DNA of 64,000 nucleotides from an uncultured Nitrososphaerota archaeon (GCA_963799845.1 CAWCYI010000003.1:1-64000), one strand, 5' to 3'. Positions 20,272 to 31,479 are shown, counted from the first letter of the stretch. Translations and numbers: made by a program. The notes: generated from the sequence alone by a model not told the origin.

Positions 20272-21790
20272 TCAGCCGACGATCGAGTAGGTAAAGCGCT
20301 TCTCACCAAACTCGCTCGGCGACAGCTTGTGGAGGAGTGAATTGATTCTCTCCCTACCGCGGATCGCTAGGTCGACGCACAGCGAAATGTCAGACTCGTC
20401 GCACCTCCTGTTGGGAGAGATTAGCTTCAACAATCCAGAGGAGACTTTCTTGATCGCTTTTTCATCCCTTATGGTTACTCCTCCTCCATCTTCTTCCTGC
20501 AGCTTCAGCCTTTCGGAGACGATGCTCGAGTAGTAGCCCTCCAGGGACATCTGGTGGAAAATCTCCGAGAGATAGTCAGCGACTATGCCGTAGCCCGAGG
20601 CAAGGTGCTCGCTCGACTGCATGATCTTTGGCAGCTCCCAGCCGGGGATGAAGGAGTGAATCCTATCAAGGAGTGCTGAATCTTCCATGAACGAAGGGAG
20701 AGCTGCGATGATGTCGGCAGGTTTGGGTGTGCCCTTTTGAACTTCCATGTTTCCCATGAAGACGAGGGACGCCTTCGCGTGGGCTTTCTTCGGCCCCCTC
20801 TCGAAAAAGCCGTCCACCATATAGTCCTTGAGCTTTCCCACCATCTCCTCGCTGTTTGAGAATACCAGTTTTCCAATCTCGTCCAGGGCGACACAGTCCC
20901 TGATCCCGATTTCTCCGACGGACTTTGTCGCGATGTTGTAAAACAGGATGGCGGGGCTTATCCTTCCGCCGGATATGAGCCTCGTCGAGTAAGAGATGTT
21001 CCTGAAGAGGTAGGTTTTGCCCGTTGCCTTTGGTCCGAGCTCGAGCACGTTGCAGTTGGACTCGACGAGCGGGACGAGCCTGGACAGCAGAAGTAACTTT
21101 TGATACTCTGTATACGCGCCGGGATTCAACCCGATGCTCCTTACGAGCACCTCGATCCATTCTTCGCGCGTGAAGTCCTTGCGCTTTAACGCAAACTCTG
21201 AGAGAGCGACGTTGGAGACTTCAAAAGGAGTGAACTTGGTCATGAGCATTGGAGTCGAGTCGGCGTTAACATTTCTTCGCTTCCGCTGATTGGTAGTACT
21301 TGTTGATAGAGCAACGCTGCCGAACGCTTCCTCTTCCTCGGGAACGTACTTCAAAGTGGCGATGCCCCACATCCCAGAACGAAGTAGATCGGCATTCTCA
21401 TCCAGGATCGTCGAGAGTATCTTCGCATCGCGCACGTTCAGGCACGGGATAATTAGGCGGTGCCTCCCGCCCTTTATATCGGTATCGACCTTGAACTCGT
21501 CCATGAACGTGTAGCTGCCGAGCGTCATGATGTCGTGGAGTATCTTGTCCTTGTCCCGGAGCTCGGGAAAGTGCACGTTCACGAAATCGGAGAGCTTCTT
21601 TAGGTCGTCTGAAGAGGGCTCGTCGTCGGTCGAGCAGAATTTCGCTATCAGGGTACTCGGAGATGAAGCGCGGGAGCCTGCTTATTTCTTGGGAGTGGAC
21701 AAGATCCTTTCTTACGACGTACGGACCGAACGCGCTGCGTAGTTTGGCATCTAGAGTTGATGCCTGATGCGGTGGTGATGATGATTGCAC
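20272..21790 (-). CDS. brxL: BrxL-like (BREX Lon-related/MCM-like AAA+) ATPase without a protease domain; one frameshift near 21650
   Basis: VVRKDL, LPRFISEYL, RSGMWG, FTREEWIEVLVRSIG, RLVPLVE, Walker A GPKATGKT, Walker B ALDE, LKDYM, ALLDRIH, PGWELPK. Confidence 0.8.
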
Positions 21791-21859
21791 TACTCTTAAT
21801 CCACTCCTCTTCTTTTTTCTCTCTTCCTTCCCATCTTTACAGGCGGTTGATCAGATTGG

Positions 21860-23047
21860 CTAACCACTAACAAATCCTTCCATGATCTTGTCCCAGCTCC
21901 TTGATATTTTCGGGTGGTTCACTTCTCGGTTTCCTTTCACCATCTTTTCCTTAGCACGGCTATGCGAGCTCTTCCGGTGCTCTTGTTGATTTCGTAGGAC
22001 TGGAACGCTAGGTGAGACTGTTCCTTTCTCCTTCTGTTCTCGTGTGTCCTTCGAACTTTGCGTTTCAACAAAATTCTCGACTATCTTTCTCAGCGCGTCA
22101 ACATCGGCATTATTTTTAATCTGCATCATCCCACTTTTGTACTTCATGTCCAGTGCGGCGAAAATTCTGGAATTGATTACGTTCGCGATGAAGGAAAACC
22201 CCAGGATTGTCTCGAAATCTTCTTCTCTGCTAACATCTTGAGAAAGATTTTCCTCTTCCCAACGCTCGCCGATCTGAGTTGCCGCGAGCCTCATCATGGA
22301 GTACATTAGCTGGAGCATCTCCAAGACCTCCGGTTCAGTGCATCTTCCTTCCTCAAGGATCAAAGATATCATCGTCTCAAGTGCAGCGAAGACGCGGTCA
22401 GTTGCCCTGGCTGTGTCTGAGAGACGTTGTCGTTGTTCGTCTTTTATTGTGACTAGTTTTTCATTGTTCTCAGAGCCCAGTCTTTCGAAAGAATAAGGCT
22501 TCCTTGCCCATGATATCAGCAAAGCGGCGATATGAGCGCAGACGCTTCTCCTCTTCTTGACCGCTGTTTCTCGTTCAAGACACTCGCACCAAGCGGATAC
22601 GTGGTGATAAGAGGGTTCGCTCTTCTTTCTTTCATCGCTACCGCCATCATCATTAATTCTTGCCTTCTTGAATTCTATCCTCGCTACGTAGCTCTCACGT
22701 GAACCTGCTTTCTCATGCACATTAGCGGAAAGAACGTTTTGCGAGACTTTCCTATCTGTCGAACTCCCCTCCATGAAGTATTGAAGGCCTTGACGATAAG
22801 CATCCTCGCCAACCCAATTTTTGATTGCACTATCTGAGACGACACCCAGCAGCGGCTCGTCGTCGGTTTCTTCTCCAAAGTTTTCCTGCTTCTCCTTCTT
22901 CCGGTAATCGCGTGGATAAAGAGTCAGCCGTTGGAGTTCCCCAAAACGCTTGAAGAAGTTCGCTGCGTAGAATCGAAGCGGTTTCTTTCCTTGCATGGCT
23001 ACGTCGCTCTCATGATGAGAGAGACTCTTGAATGCATAGTCCATCAT
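21860..23047 (-). CDS. SWIM zinc-finger protein
   Basis: AWCEC...VCAHIAALL (C-x-C...C-x-H), preceded by the AYRQGLQYF motif typical of SWIM proteins. Confidence 0.75.
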   Translation of the reverse strand: MMDYAFKSLSHHESDVAMQGKKPLRFYAANFFKRFGELQRLTLYPRDYRKKEKQENFGEETDDEPLLGVVSDSAIKNWVGEDAYRQGLQYFMEGSSTDRKVSQNVLSANVHEKAGSRESYVARIEFKKARINDDGGSDERKKSEPSYHHVSAWCECLERETAVKKRRSVCAHIAALLISWARKPYSFERLGSENNEKLVTIKDEQRQRLSDTARATDRVFAALETMISLILEEGRCTEPEVLEMLQLMYSMMRLAATQIGERWEEENLSQDVSREEDFETILGFSFIANVINSRIFAALDMKYKSGMMQIKNNADVDALRKIVENFVETQSSKDTREQKEKGTVSPSVPVLRNQQEHRKSSHSRAKEKMVKGNREVNHPKISRSWDKIMEGFVSG

Positions 23048-23152
23048 TGCACTCCTTGATTCCGTTTCGTTGCGATCTGGTATGCCCTGGTTGTTCAGAA
23101 TCCAGTCATTCTCCAGTTCACGATGATATAGTTTCTGAAACTATCAACGCTT

Positions 23153-24814
23153 TCAATTAGCCAACCTTATCTTACTTTTTTCGTAGTCCAATCCTTGCCA
23201 TTCTATGGTGTAACCGAGAGTGCTTAGCACTTGTTGGGCATTCTGTAGCCCTTCAGATTCGATCATCTCGACGGCGCGGGACAAACTTGACTCGTCCCCA
23301 AGAGCTCTCAACTCTCTTTCCAATTTGGAAATTTTCGAAAAGCTCACCAAATAATCTCCAATTTTTGCATAGCCATCTATCTGAATAGCCGAAAATGTCT
23401 CGTTCATACTTTCTAGAGAAGCGTGACGTTCCTCTGCAAGGCGTTCGATAGTTATGATATCCCCTTGGAACTCGAACCTCTCCTTACGGAGGAAATCGAC
23501 CTGTCTCTTTCTCGCTACAGCGTCCAACCCCTTTAGATGGTCTAGTATCGGAGAGAGAGGAACCACCTTGGAATAAAATAACAGAAGTCTGTTATTTTGC
23601 TTGGCTCTTTCAAATTTGGTTGAGCAAGCGAGACTTTCGTCTGCCGCGATAATCATGTCAATATTTGGAGAAAGCGAAGAAAGTTTTGCAAGCTTGCGTT
23701 CGAGGTAATCTGTTGTCCAGAAACCGACAATTTCGAGATAGACCTTCATGCCCTCCTTTTGAAAACTAAAATCCGGAATAAGTACATGGCTTCCCGTTAC
23801 CAACGGCTCCGGCTCCCTTTTGAGCGCCCATCCTGTTCTCAGAGCATTGAATCCAGAGGCAAATTTCTCTTCTACCTTGCTGTCATAGAGATGAAAGTTC
23901 TGCCTCAGGAACTGTGATGGCGATTTGTCTGGCGATGCTAAAGTCGCATCATCGTCATCATTCTTTGTCAGTTGGGCTGTGATCCAGTTTGCTTCGAACA
24001 ACCCGGAAACACTTCGGCTGTCTTCTTCAAAGTAAAGGATCCTATTCCTGATTCTGTCAAAGAATTCTGCTTTGAAGTTCCACGAATCGCTGAGAATAAT
24101 TTGATTCAAGAGTTTGGCGAATGAAGTGCCGTACCTATCAGTCAGCTTGAATGGAGATATAGGTCCATCCATCGAGACGGAGTAATTATCCTCGTTTATC
24201 TTTTGGTCGTCATTAGTTTTTTTCTTTTCTACGACGTACATGAGACCAAGATATTTTAGGTCTCTAAAAATGTTCTTCCAGTTACCGCTTGCCGTGAACT
24301 CCATCTTCGTGCTTTTGAAAAGGGCTGTCTGAGCCAGGGCAAAATTATATTGTTTGATAAGCCTCTTGGAGTCGATGGGCAGGAATGTCTTCAGTATCTG
24401 CTCTTCCTCAAGATCCTTCCACAAGGAATTCTCAATGTCACTCGGAGCTACGTTTAGCTTATCGCTAACATCCTGAATGATCTGACTCCGTTCTGAAACA
24501 CTGATGGCTCTTCTTTTGCTTGCTTCTCTGAAAGTTAGGTCTCTCGCATATTTGGGATCTATCGGGCTCTCGATTAGATAGGTGCATCGCCTCTCCAAGA
24601 GCTCCGCCATTCCTCTGACAAGCTTGTAATCTGGCTCCTGATCTTCGAGCACCTTGAGAATCTGAAGAAGATGCTCTTTCTTCTTCCCCGCGCTAGCCTC
24701 GTATGACTTGATAATGCTCTGAGAAAGCGCACTTGTTTCATCGTTCAATGAAACATATTTAGGGCTCAGCCTTCCCTTCGATACGCGGGCTCTTAGTAGA
24801 GGGGATGGGAACAT
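23153..24814 (-). CDS. bax1: Bax1 (DUF790) endonuclease, XPB partner
   Basis: MFPSPLLR, YKLVRG, QYNFALAQT, DGP...YG, YDSKVEEKF, REPEP, IPDF, YLEIVGFWTTDYLERK. Confidence 0.88.
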   Translation of the reverse strand: MFPSPLLRARVSKGRLSPKYVSLNDETSALSQSIIKSYEASAGKKKEHLLQILKVLEDQEPDYKLVRGMAELLERRCTYLIESPIDPKYARDLTFREASKRRAISVSERSQIIQDVSDKLNVAPSDIENSLWKDLEEEQILKTFLPIDSKRLIKQYNFALAQTALFKSTKMEFTASGNWKNIFRDLKYLGLMYVVEKKKTNDDQKINEDNYSVSMDGPISPFKLTDRYGTSFAKLLNQIILSDSWNFKAEFFDRIRNRILYFEEDSRSVSGLFEANWITAQLTKNDDDDATLASPDKSPSQFLRQNFHLYDSKVEEKFASGFNALRTGWALKREPEPLVTGSHVLIPDFSFQKEGMKVYLEIVGFWTTDYLERKLAKLSSLSPNIDMIIAADESLACSTKFERAKQNNRLLLFYSKVVPLSPILDHLKGLDAVARKRQVDFLRKERFEFQGDIITIERLAEERHASLESMNETFSAIQIDGYAKIGDYLVSFSKISKLERELRALGDESSLSRAVEMIESEGLQNAQQVLSTLGYTIEWQGLDYEKSKIRLAN

Positions 24815-24825
24815 AGTTCAAGAAC

Positions 24826-24888
24826 CGATTTCTAACTATACTTTATTGCTTAGCTCGATTTCTAACTATACTTTATTGCTTAGCTCGA
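24826..24888 (+). repeat. Perfect 30-bp tandem duplication
   Basis: CGATTTCTAACTATACTTTATTGCTTAGCT twice (plus CGA) between xpb and bax1. Confidence 0.9.
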
Positions 24889-24900
24889 GTTAAGTCGGCG

Positions 24901-25915
24901 TCATTTCTCTTCCCGATACTCGATTTTTTCGTCATTGGCTCTCTCTCTGGACCTCTTTATTTTCCTTCTTGAACTCGTGGAAACTTCTGAAGTCTCTCTT
25001 GAGACCAACTCGATTAGCTCTAGCTTTACCCTTTCCTTCCTTCTTCCTGAGCAATCTTCCGAGCCTCTGGACGAGCTCCCGCGAGCTACCCGACCCGCTC
25101 AGTATTATCCCAAGGGAAGCTTCCGGGACGTCTATTCCTTCATCCAGGACTTTGGAGGTCACAATCGCTCTATAGCTACCGTCTCTGAAGCCATCCAGGA
25201 TCTTGTGCCGCTCATCTTTATCAGTCCTGTAAGTGATGTACGGGAGAAGAAATCTCTTGGAGATCTTGTGCACCAATTGATTGTGCTGGGTGAAAATCAG
25301 TATTCTTTCATTTGGATTCGACTGCAAGATCTTTTCAAGAGCCTCTATTTTTGCGTCAGAGTTGAGTGAAATCTCAAGCGCTTTGTTTCTTGCAAGTAGA
25401 GCTTTTCTAGCCTCTCTATCCGAAGCACTTCTCATTATGAAACGCTGGAACTCAAGGGGACTCGAAATCCGAATCTTTCTTGAGGCAAGAAAGTCAGTGA
25501 AGATCTTGTGATGTATTGTGTACGTTTCCCTCTCTTCATCTGAGAGATCCACATTTACTTTTTCCAGCAAGTAATCCGATAGATATCGGCCTGTAGATCT
25601 TCTGGTTCAAGCCTGAAGACTGTCCCCCCAATCAGTCTTGGAATGTCGTTGTGAAGCAGGTCCTCTCGCTCGAGTGTCGCGGTGAGACCCATTCTGAAAG
25701 GCGAGCTGAACAACTCGGCTATCTGCCTGTATCCCTCGGATGCGATATGGTGGACTTCATCCGCTACAAGCAGGCTGAACTTGTTGCCTATCTCTCCAGC
25801 TCTTAGATATGCCGAGTCATAAGTTGAAACGGTGACAGCCTTGATGATATTTTCCCCTCTACCGAGTACTCCTGTCTCGATGTCGAACTCTTTACTGATT
25901 CTATTCCTCTCAAGA
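24901..25915 (-). pseudogene. xpb: XPB/Rad25 SF2 helicase, 5'-truncated, 2 frameshifts
   Basis: VSTYDSAY, DEVHH, GLTATLERED, VLDEGIDVPEA, QRLGRLLR; Walker A and N-terminus absent. Confidence 0.85.
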
Positions 25916-26360
25916 CAGATGCTTCGTTCTAGATGTAGCAAGAAGAAGCGAGATTTATGATCGTTAGTCAAGAAACTAAGTGCTCGCGATAATATCGAGG
26001 GATAGACATAGACACCTCCGAGGATCTAGACAATGGGAACATCAATGTCTATTCCCTCACTGAGCATTTCCCTTGGAAATCCGAGCTTGCTGATGTAGAT
26101 GACATCTGAGCCTTCCATTGTAAGTTCTCTAAAGATAATGTCTCCGAGCTCCTTTTCTTGTTTGTCGATTACACCACTGTCAACTAGCCGAATGTATTCC
26201 ACCCTCAAGTCTTTACTCTCTTTTAATCGTAGGAATCTCCGGTCTATCGATTTGTGTAACTGAAACGAACGATGACAGTAAAGGGCATAACGATTAGTTT
26301 CTATCAGTACTTCGATGTGATCTAAGTATAAACTCCTCGGCACGGTTTGACTATTTTCAT

Positions 26361-27537
26361 TCATCCTGATGTTGGGACGCTGCTGGCGCCTCCCATCCAT
26401 GATGGCACCCAAGCTTGAATGTTCGATGCAAAAGTCGGAGTTACCCAGCTCTCATCAGGATATGTGTACGGTCCCAGCATCTGGAGCGCCTTGAGCTCAA
26501 AATACTTGTTGAAGTATCCCGTACGGCTGGACAGAATCGTTGGCGACGGGGCTCTCTAACGCACCCGCAGTTATGAAGAATTCATTAGTATTGTTGTATT
26601 TGACTTGCAGGCTCTCATTTCCCTGGAGGTTGTATAATCCGTAGGACCAGTACGCCAGCCGTGCCGGGTAAAAGGTCGAAGCGAATTGAATCTCGGTAGG
26701 CGGAGTTTCTGGCAGCTGCTGCTCCCCGAAGGTGACATATTGGTTGGGGTTCGAGATAAAATAGCGTTGAGCCTGATAAATTGCGGCGAGGAACTTTTCA
26801 AGGATTAGTTGATTCGTCGGATTACTCAACCAATCGTCTCTGACCGCATAGCAGCTACTGTAGATGTTGTCCGGAGCGGAGAACAACACATGGAAAGGGC
26901 CGTTGTGTGCACTATTGTTAAAGCTCGGACTTTCGAGGTCTGCCAGAATGAAATCATCCGCCACTATTTCCTGCGCCTTACCAGACTCGAGATCATGGAT
27001 GGTTTCAACGTCCGAACCGCCAGCTTCCAGATAGACGGAACTGGGATTTGGGCCTACAGTGTTGACTGAGATGCCTGCTTGTCCAAACCAGTAGTCGTTT
27101 AGATCCCTCAGAATGGAACCAGGCCCGAAATCGGCCGCGGTCTTGCCGAGCAATTGAGAAGGACTTGTGATATTGTCTCCAGTCACGGCGAGGAAAACTC
27201 CGCCTAACTGGTAGCCACCTACGCATGTTGTATCCTGCCCCGAGATGAGTGAGCCCATCGTCTCGTCGTAGACGATATCCTGCTGTCCAGTTAGCAGGGC
27301 TTTGTATGCGATAGGAGGATTCTCGTAGTAAGTTGTGTAAGTCACTTGTACGCCCTCTGCCGCCAGGATCTTGAAAGCGTACTGGTCGGTCACGACGCTT
27401 TCGTCCACCTCCTCGGGGTAGCCGACACTCAGCGTTACGGTAGAATGAGAGACAGGCAATGAGATTAGAGCGTACGCCGCTACCGTTATGACCAGAATTA
27501 CTGGCACCGCTAGTAGAACGTATCTACCCGGTCTCAA
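26361..27537 (-). CDS. ABC substrate-binding protein (NMT1/SsuA-like), frameshift near 26510
   Basis: N-terminal TM, ITSPSQLLGKT, YAVRDDWLSNP, KFLAAIYQAQRY; continues in a shifted frame to TGA at 26361. Confidence 0.7.
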
Positions 27538-27716
27538 TAATTAACACTCCCAATAAACGGTGGCACTTGAATATCTAGGCTGATGTGCCAGACAATTTAA
27601 TGTGTAAAATCGTCCACAATATAATTTGCATGAGTGCTGGATACGAATTTTGACATAGTACGTACAGCTCCTTGAATTGATATATTGTTCCACGCCGAAA
27701 TCACTGTGAGAATTCA

Positions 27717-28793
27717 TTGTCTTCACCAACGCACCCCGAAGTTTCCGAAGGCGTGGGGAGGAGCGTAGTCTCCCCGCGCAGTACGAGATTATGGAAGTGG
27801 GGGCGTGGTGCAATCATCATGTTTGCCGCAGTGGCAGTCGCAGCAGTGCTCGTCTGGCAAGGCGTCACTGCAGCAGGCAATCCGAGCCCGACACCTGGCA
27901 CGTCTTTCCCGGTGGCCGCGCTCGACATCGCAGTAATGGTAAGCCGCGAGGGCCTCGAAGCAATCCTTGTCCTAGCGGCTCTCATCGTGGGTCTCAAGGG
28001 CAAGAACACTGGATACCAGCGCCCGATACAGCTAGGAGCGGGACTAGGCTTTTTTGCGGTCCTCGCGACGTGGTTTGCAACAATCTCCATCGTCAGCGAC
28101 CTGACCGTGAACTACGGTGCGCTCGAGCTCCAAGCTGCGACAGGAATGTTCGCTGTTATTGTTATACTCATCGAAATGGATTGGTTCTTCCATGGCGTTT
28201 ACTGGTCGAACTGGATCAACATGCAGGATCGGTCAAAATGGTCACTCATAGGAGAAGCCGGCCAATTGGGCAAAAACTCCCGTCGCATACTTCTCGGTCT
28301 GGTATTGGTCGGCTTTGCCCCAGTGTACCGCGAAGGATTCGAGGTTGTCCTCTTCCTCCAGAGCTATTATCTCGAGATGGGACCTCGGGTTGTCTACTAT
28401 GGAGCGGCGGCGGGACTTGCCTTGACGGTGGCTGTTGGTTACCTCACGTTCTTAGGGCAGCGCCACCTCCCTTACAAAAAGATGCTCATCGCGACGGGCG
28501 TCCTCCTCACGGGCGTTCTCTTCGTGATGGTGGGCGAAGAGGTCAGCGAGATGCAGCTCGCGGGATGGATCGGTACTACGAACATTCCGTGGCTCCAAGG
28601 CGTCCCCGCTTGGGCGGAGAGCTGGTTCTCAATCTTCCCCAACGTGCAGACGTTTGTGGCGCAGGCACTCGCGCTTCTAAGTGTGGCCGGAAGCTTCTTT
28701 TTCCTTAGGTACCGCATGTGGAAACTGATTCAAAAGTCGAAGAGCATTGCACGGGTGGCAAGTCATAACATAGGGAAGCCCAAGTCCAGTTGA
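27717..28793 (+). CDS. FTR1/EfeU iron permease
   Basis: Two RExxE motifs (REGLE, REGFE); multiple TM helices. Confidence 0.88.
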   Translation: MSSPTHPEVSEGVGRSVVSPRSTRLWKWGRGAIIMFAAVAVAAVLVWQGVTAAGNPSPTPGTSFPVAALDIAVMVSREGLEAILVLAALIVGLKGKNTGYQRPIQLGAGLGFFAVLATWFATISIVSDLTVNYGALELQAATGMFAVIVILIEMDWFFHGVYWSNWINMQDRSKWSLIGEAGQLGKNSRRILLGLVLVGFAPVYREGFEVVLFLQSYYLEMGPRVVYYGAAAGLALTVAVGYLTFLGQRHLPYKKMLIATGVLLTGVLFVMVGEEVSEMQLAGWIGTTNIPWLQGVPAWAESWFSIFPNVQTFVAQALALLSVAGSFFFLRYRMWKLIQKSKSIARVASHNIGKPKSS

Positions 28794-29442
28794 ATAATAG
28801 ACGTGTAGTTTTAGTATCTCACGTCTTTGCTATCACGTGGATAACTCTCCGGCAGGAAAAGAAAAGTGTTTCAAAGAAAAAGAAAGAGCTCAAAACGAGC
28901 TTGAAAAAAGTGTACCAAAAGTTCTCTTTTCGAAAATCATTCGAGATATACGCTTTCTGCCATTTTCGTTGATCGCAGATATATCCAAACCGGGCACACG
29001 TACAGGTTCGGGAGCCTGCTCTAGTACTAGAAGAGACAAAACACACCTGGGAAGCAATTTCCCATGAACGAATTATTAGAAGCCCTACTAGCTTACGGCT
29101 ACAAAAATAATCAAATCTGTTCAGCGTGCGAGCAAGGCGAGCATAGAGCATGTTCAACTAGGAAAATCTTGAAGGTCGGCATCAGGAATTTCAACCTTTC
29201 ATGTTGTTGTAAAAAAGAAGCTGGAATGAGTTGATCACGATAAATCCATCTTCAGCCATCTTAGCTCTGTCTAAATGATTGGTGAGAGAGCAGATAGAGA
29301 AGCTCGCAAAGGCTCATTCGCAAAGATCATTCTCCCTCGTACGCGAACTATCGAGGGTTGCTATCTCACTCTAACAAGATTTGTTTCTTTCCGATCCGAA
29401 AGCCCAGAAAAAACCTTGCTTTATGAACGATTTGAGCCTAAA

Positions 29443-29471
29443 GTTCAAGTCCCACCCCCCGCATTGTTTCT
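29443..29471 (+). repeat. att-like copy of the tRNA-Leu 3' end
   Basis: 27 of 29 nt identical to 18100-18128. Confidence 0.8.
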
Positions 29472-29600
29472 TATCAGTAACAGATGAACTGCGAAGTTCG
29501 TAGATGCCCACATTGCTGAAAGCCTTGACGAAGGGTAATTAGGCGGGCTGGTTTTCGGCAGTCGTAAAGCCAATTATACCGATTATAATACCGCAAATCC

Positions 29601-30578
29601 ATGGCTAGTCCTACGCCTGGACCAAACTCCAAGAGCGATACCGAAGACGGAAAGGTCAGTTCTATTACCGGTGGGGGGATAACCTGGATAGACATTCTAG
29701 ATCCCACCGCGGCCGAAATGGCAATGCTCGCGCGTGACTATCACTTTCACTCTTTGGACTTGGATTCTTGTCTTTCTACAATGCAACTGACGAAGGTTGA
29801 GGATCACGAAGAGTATTTCTTCATCATGCTGCAAATCCCGGTTCAGGTCGGTCAAGGAGTCATCAATTCTGATCAGGTCTCGATGTTTTTGGGGAAGGAC
29901 TATCTCGTGACCATTCATCCGTCTAGCCTTAAGAGTCTCTCGGCAATGTTCCAGTCATGTAGCGATGACGAAAAAGAACGAAGCACATTCATGAAGTCCT
30001 CGGCCTACCTAGCGTATAGGATAATCGACAGGATGTCAGATGGTATCTCTGCGATTTTAGATAACGTGCAGGCGAGTCTTAACAGCATCGAGGCGGTCGT
30101 ATTCGATGAGAAGAAATCTTCTGCCCGCGCCATAAATCTCGCGCGTCGTCAGATTGCTACGCTGAGAAGGATCGTCTATCCGCTGGATCTGTACATTGGT
30201 GACTTGAACAAGGCGCAAAAGTTCAGCAAAGAAGATCTTACAATCTACTTTAGCGATATCCGCCATAAAGTCGGGAAGATCTCTGCGAGAATCGAAGAGA
30301 TGAAGGAGATTGTGGAGATATACAACGACACCGACTTTGTCACGAGCAGCAATCGGACAAACACCGTTCTTTCGTTCTTGACACTCATCTTCACTCTCAC
30401 CCTTCCTGCTGCAGTGATAGCTGCATTCTACGGGATGAACATACCTATTCCAGGTGCCCTCGTGCCGGGAGCGCTGGATTACTTTGGAACTTATACCTCT
30501 CTATTGTTTGTAGTAGTCGTGATGATCGTTCCAACCGTCATCATGGGAGCGTACTTCAAACGCCGCGGTTGGTTCTAG
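29601..30578 (+). CDS. corA: CorA Mg2+/Co2+ transporter
   Basis: WIDILDP, YLVTIH, YGMN signature, two C-terminal TM helices. Confidence 0.92.
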   Translation: MASPTPGPNSKSDTEDGKVSSITGGGITWIDILDPTAAEMAMLARDYHFHSLDLDSCLSTMQLTKVEDHEEYFFIMLQIPVQVGQGVINSDQVSMFLGKDYLVTIHPSSLKSLSAMFQSCSDDEKERSTFMKSSAYLAYRIIDRMSDGISAILDNVQASLNSIEAVVFDEKKSSARAINLARRQIATLRRIVYPLDLYIGDLNKAQKFSKEDLTIYFSDIRHKVGKISARIEEMKEIVEIYNDTDFVTSSNRTNTVLSFLTLIFTLTLPAAVIAAFYGMNIPIPGALVPGALDYFGTYTSLLFVVVVMIVPTVIMGAYFKRRGWF

Positions 30579-30761
30579 ACAAAGTACTCCAGGGTTTGGA
30601 TCGATTCGCTCTCAATGAGAATCTCCATTTATTCTCTCTGTAAACTTTGAAACCACAGGCTTCAGCCGAGAATTCCGTCTAGTCCTGAATGCTGTCTAAT
30701 GAAATTATGATAAAGGCGTGTGTGGAAAATTCTCCATAGGTTTGGATTTACTAGTAATTTG

Positions 30762-30778
30762 GGGTTCAAATCCCACCC
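30762..30778 (+). repeat. Second tRNA T-arm fragment (possible older att site)
   Basis: GGGTTCAAATCCCACCC identical to 18098-18114. Confidence 0.55.
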
Positions 30779-31029
30779 GATCCGAATGCTAGAATCGGAA
30801 ATCTCGACGCTATGATAGCCAAAACTGATTGATACGGCTCAAACGATTAGGAGCCCTAACAGGCTAGGCGAGTTTGAATTCGAATTTAGATAAGGCGAGG
30901 AACTGACAACCCCGTCCTCTAGGTGCAGATTCCTATCGAATTTCGAATGAAGCTGAAATCTACCCGTATTGATTCGGGAGAGTTTTCTAATAGGTCGAAC
31001 CTTTACTTAACTACCAGCAATTAGACCTC

Positions 31030-31395
31030 ATGGAAGGAAAATTACTTTCCGATGATGATGAAGAGGATTTTGACTTCCAAATCTTCGATTGTGTCGAGAG
31101 AGCACTTTCAACGCTTGGACAATCTGAGAAAGAACTTGTCTTACGAGCCCTAGCAACTCAGTTTAATTTGTCCGGAGTGGACATTGCGAGAAACCCATCC
31201 GAACTTGAGGAGTGTTTCACAGAATTGCTCGGAAAATCTGGATCGGCATTCATTTTGATTCACATCTTGGACAATATTTCTAGGTCATTCAAAATCGATC
31301 TCAAAGATAATTGTAATTTAGCTGAAGCCATCGAAGAAGCAAGACAAGAAATATTTTCGCGAAAACAAAGTCATCTCGTTTCTTCACGTTTCTAA
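31030..31395 (+). CDS. Small Nitrososphaerota-type helical protein (DUF3227/NitrOD-like)
   Basis: ALSTLG...FNL...IARNPSELEECFTELLG pattern. Confidence 0.5.
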   Translation: MEGKLLSDDDEEDFDFQIFDCVERALSTLGQSEKELVLRALATQFNLSGVDIARNPSELEECFTELLGKSGSAFILIHILDNISRSFKIDLKDNCNLAEAIEEARQEIFSRKQSHLVSSRF

Positions 31396-31479
31396 TTTCC
31401 ACTTATTTTTGAAAAGTGGCTCACCTCTATCACAAAAATTTCGAGCCTGATCAAATTATGCTGGGAGACCATCTCGAGT

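Larger units (their letters stand above)
18100..29471. mobile_element. Genomic island (~11.3 kb) bounded by tRNA-Leu 3'-end repeats; no integrase seen inside
   Basis: GTTCAA(A/G)TCCCACCCCCCGCAT(A/T)GTTTCT at 18100-18128 and 29443-29471. Confidence 0.7.

Noticed and set aside
26026-26028. In-frame TAG as pyrrolysine, giving a long XPB fusion
   Set aside because: No pyl genes seen, and the upstream frame lacks helicase motif I; better explained as a remnant plus deletion
27791-28708. 305-aa overlapping ORF
   Set aside because: Arg/Pro-rich off-frame shadow of the FTR1 gene
28790-29440. Short ORFs before the att copy as an integrase remnant
   Set aside because: No recombinase motifs recognisable; probably decayed sequence
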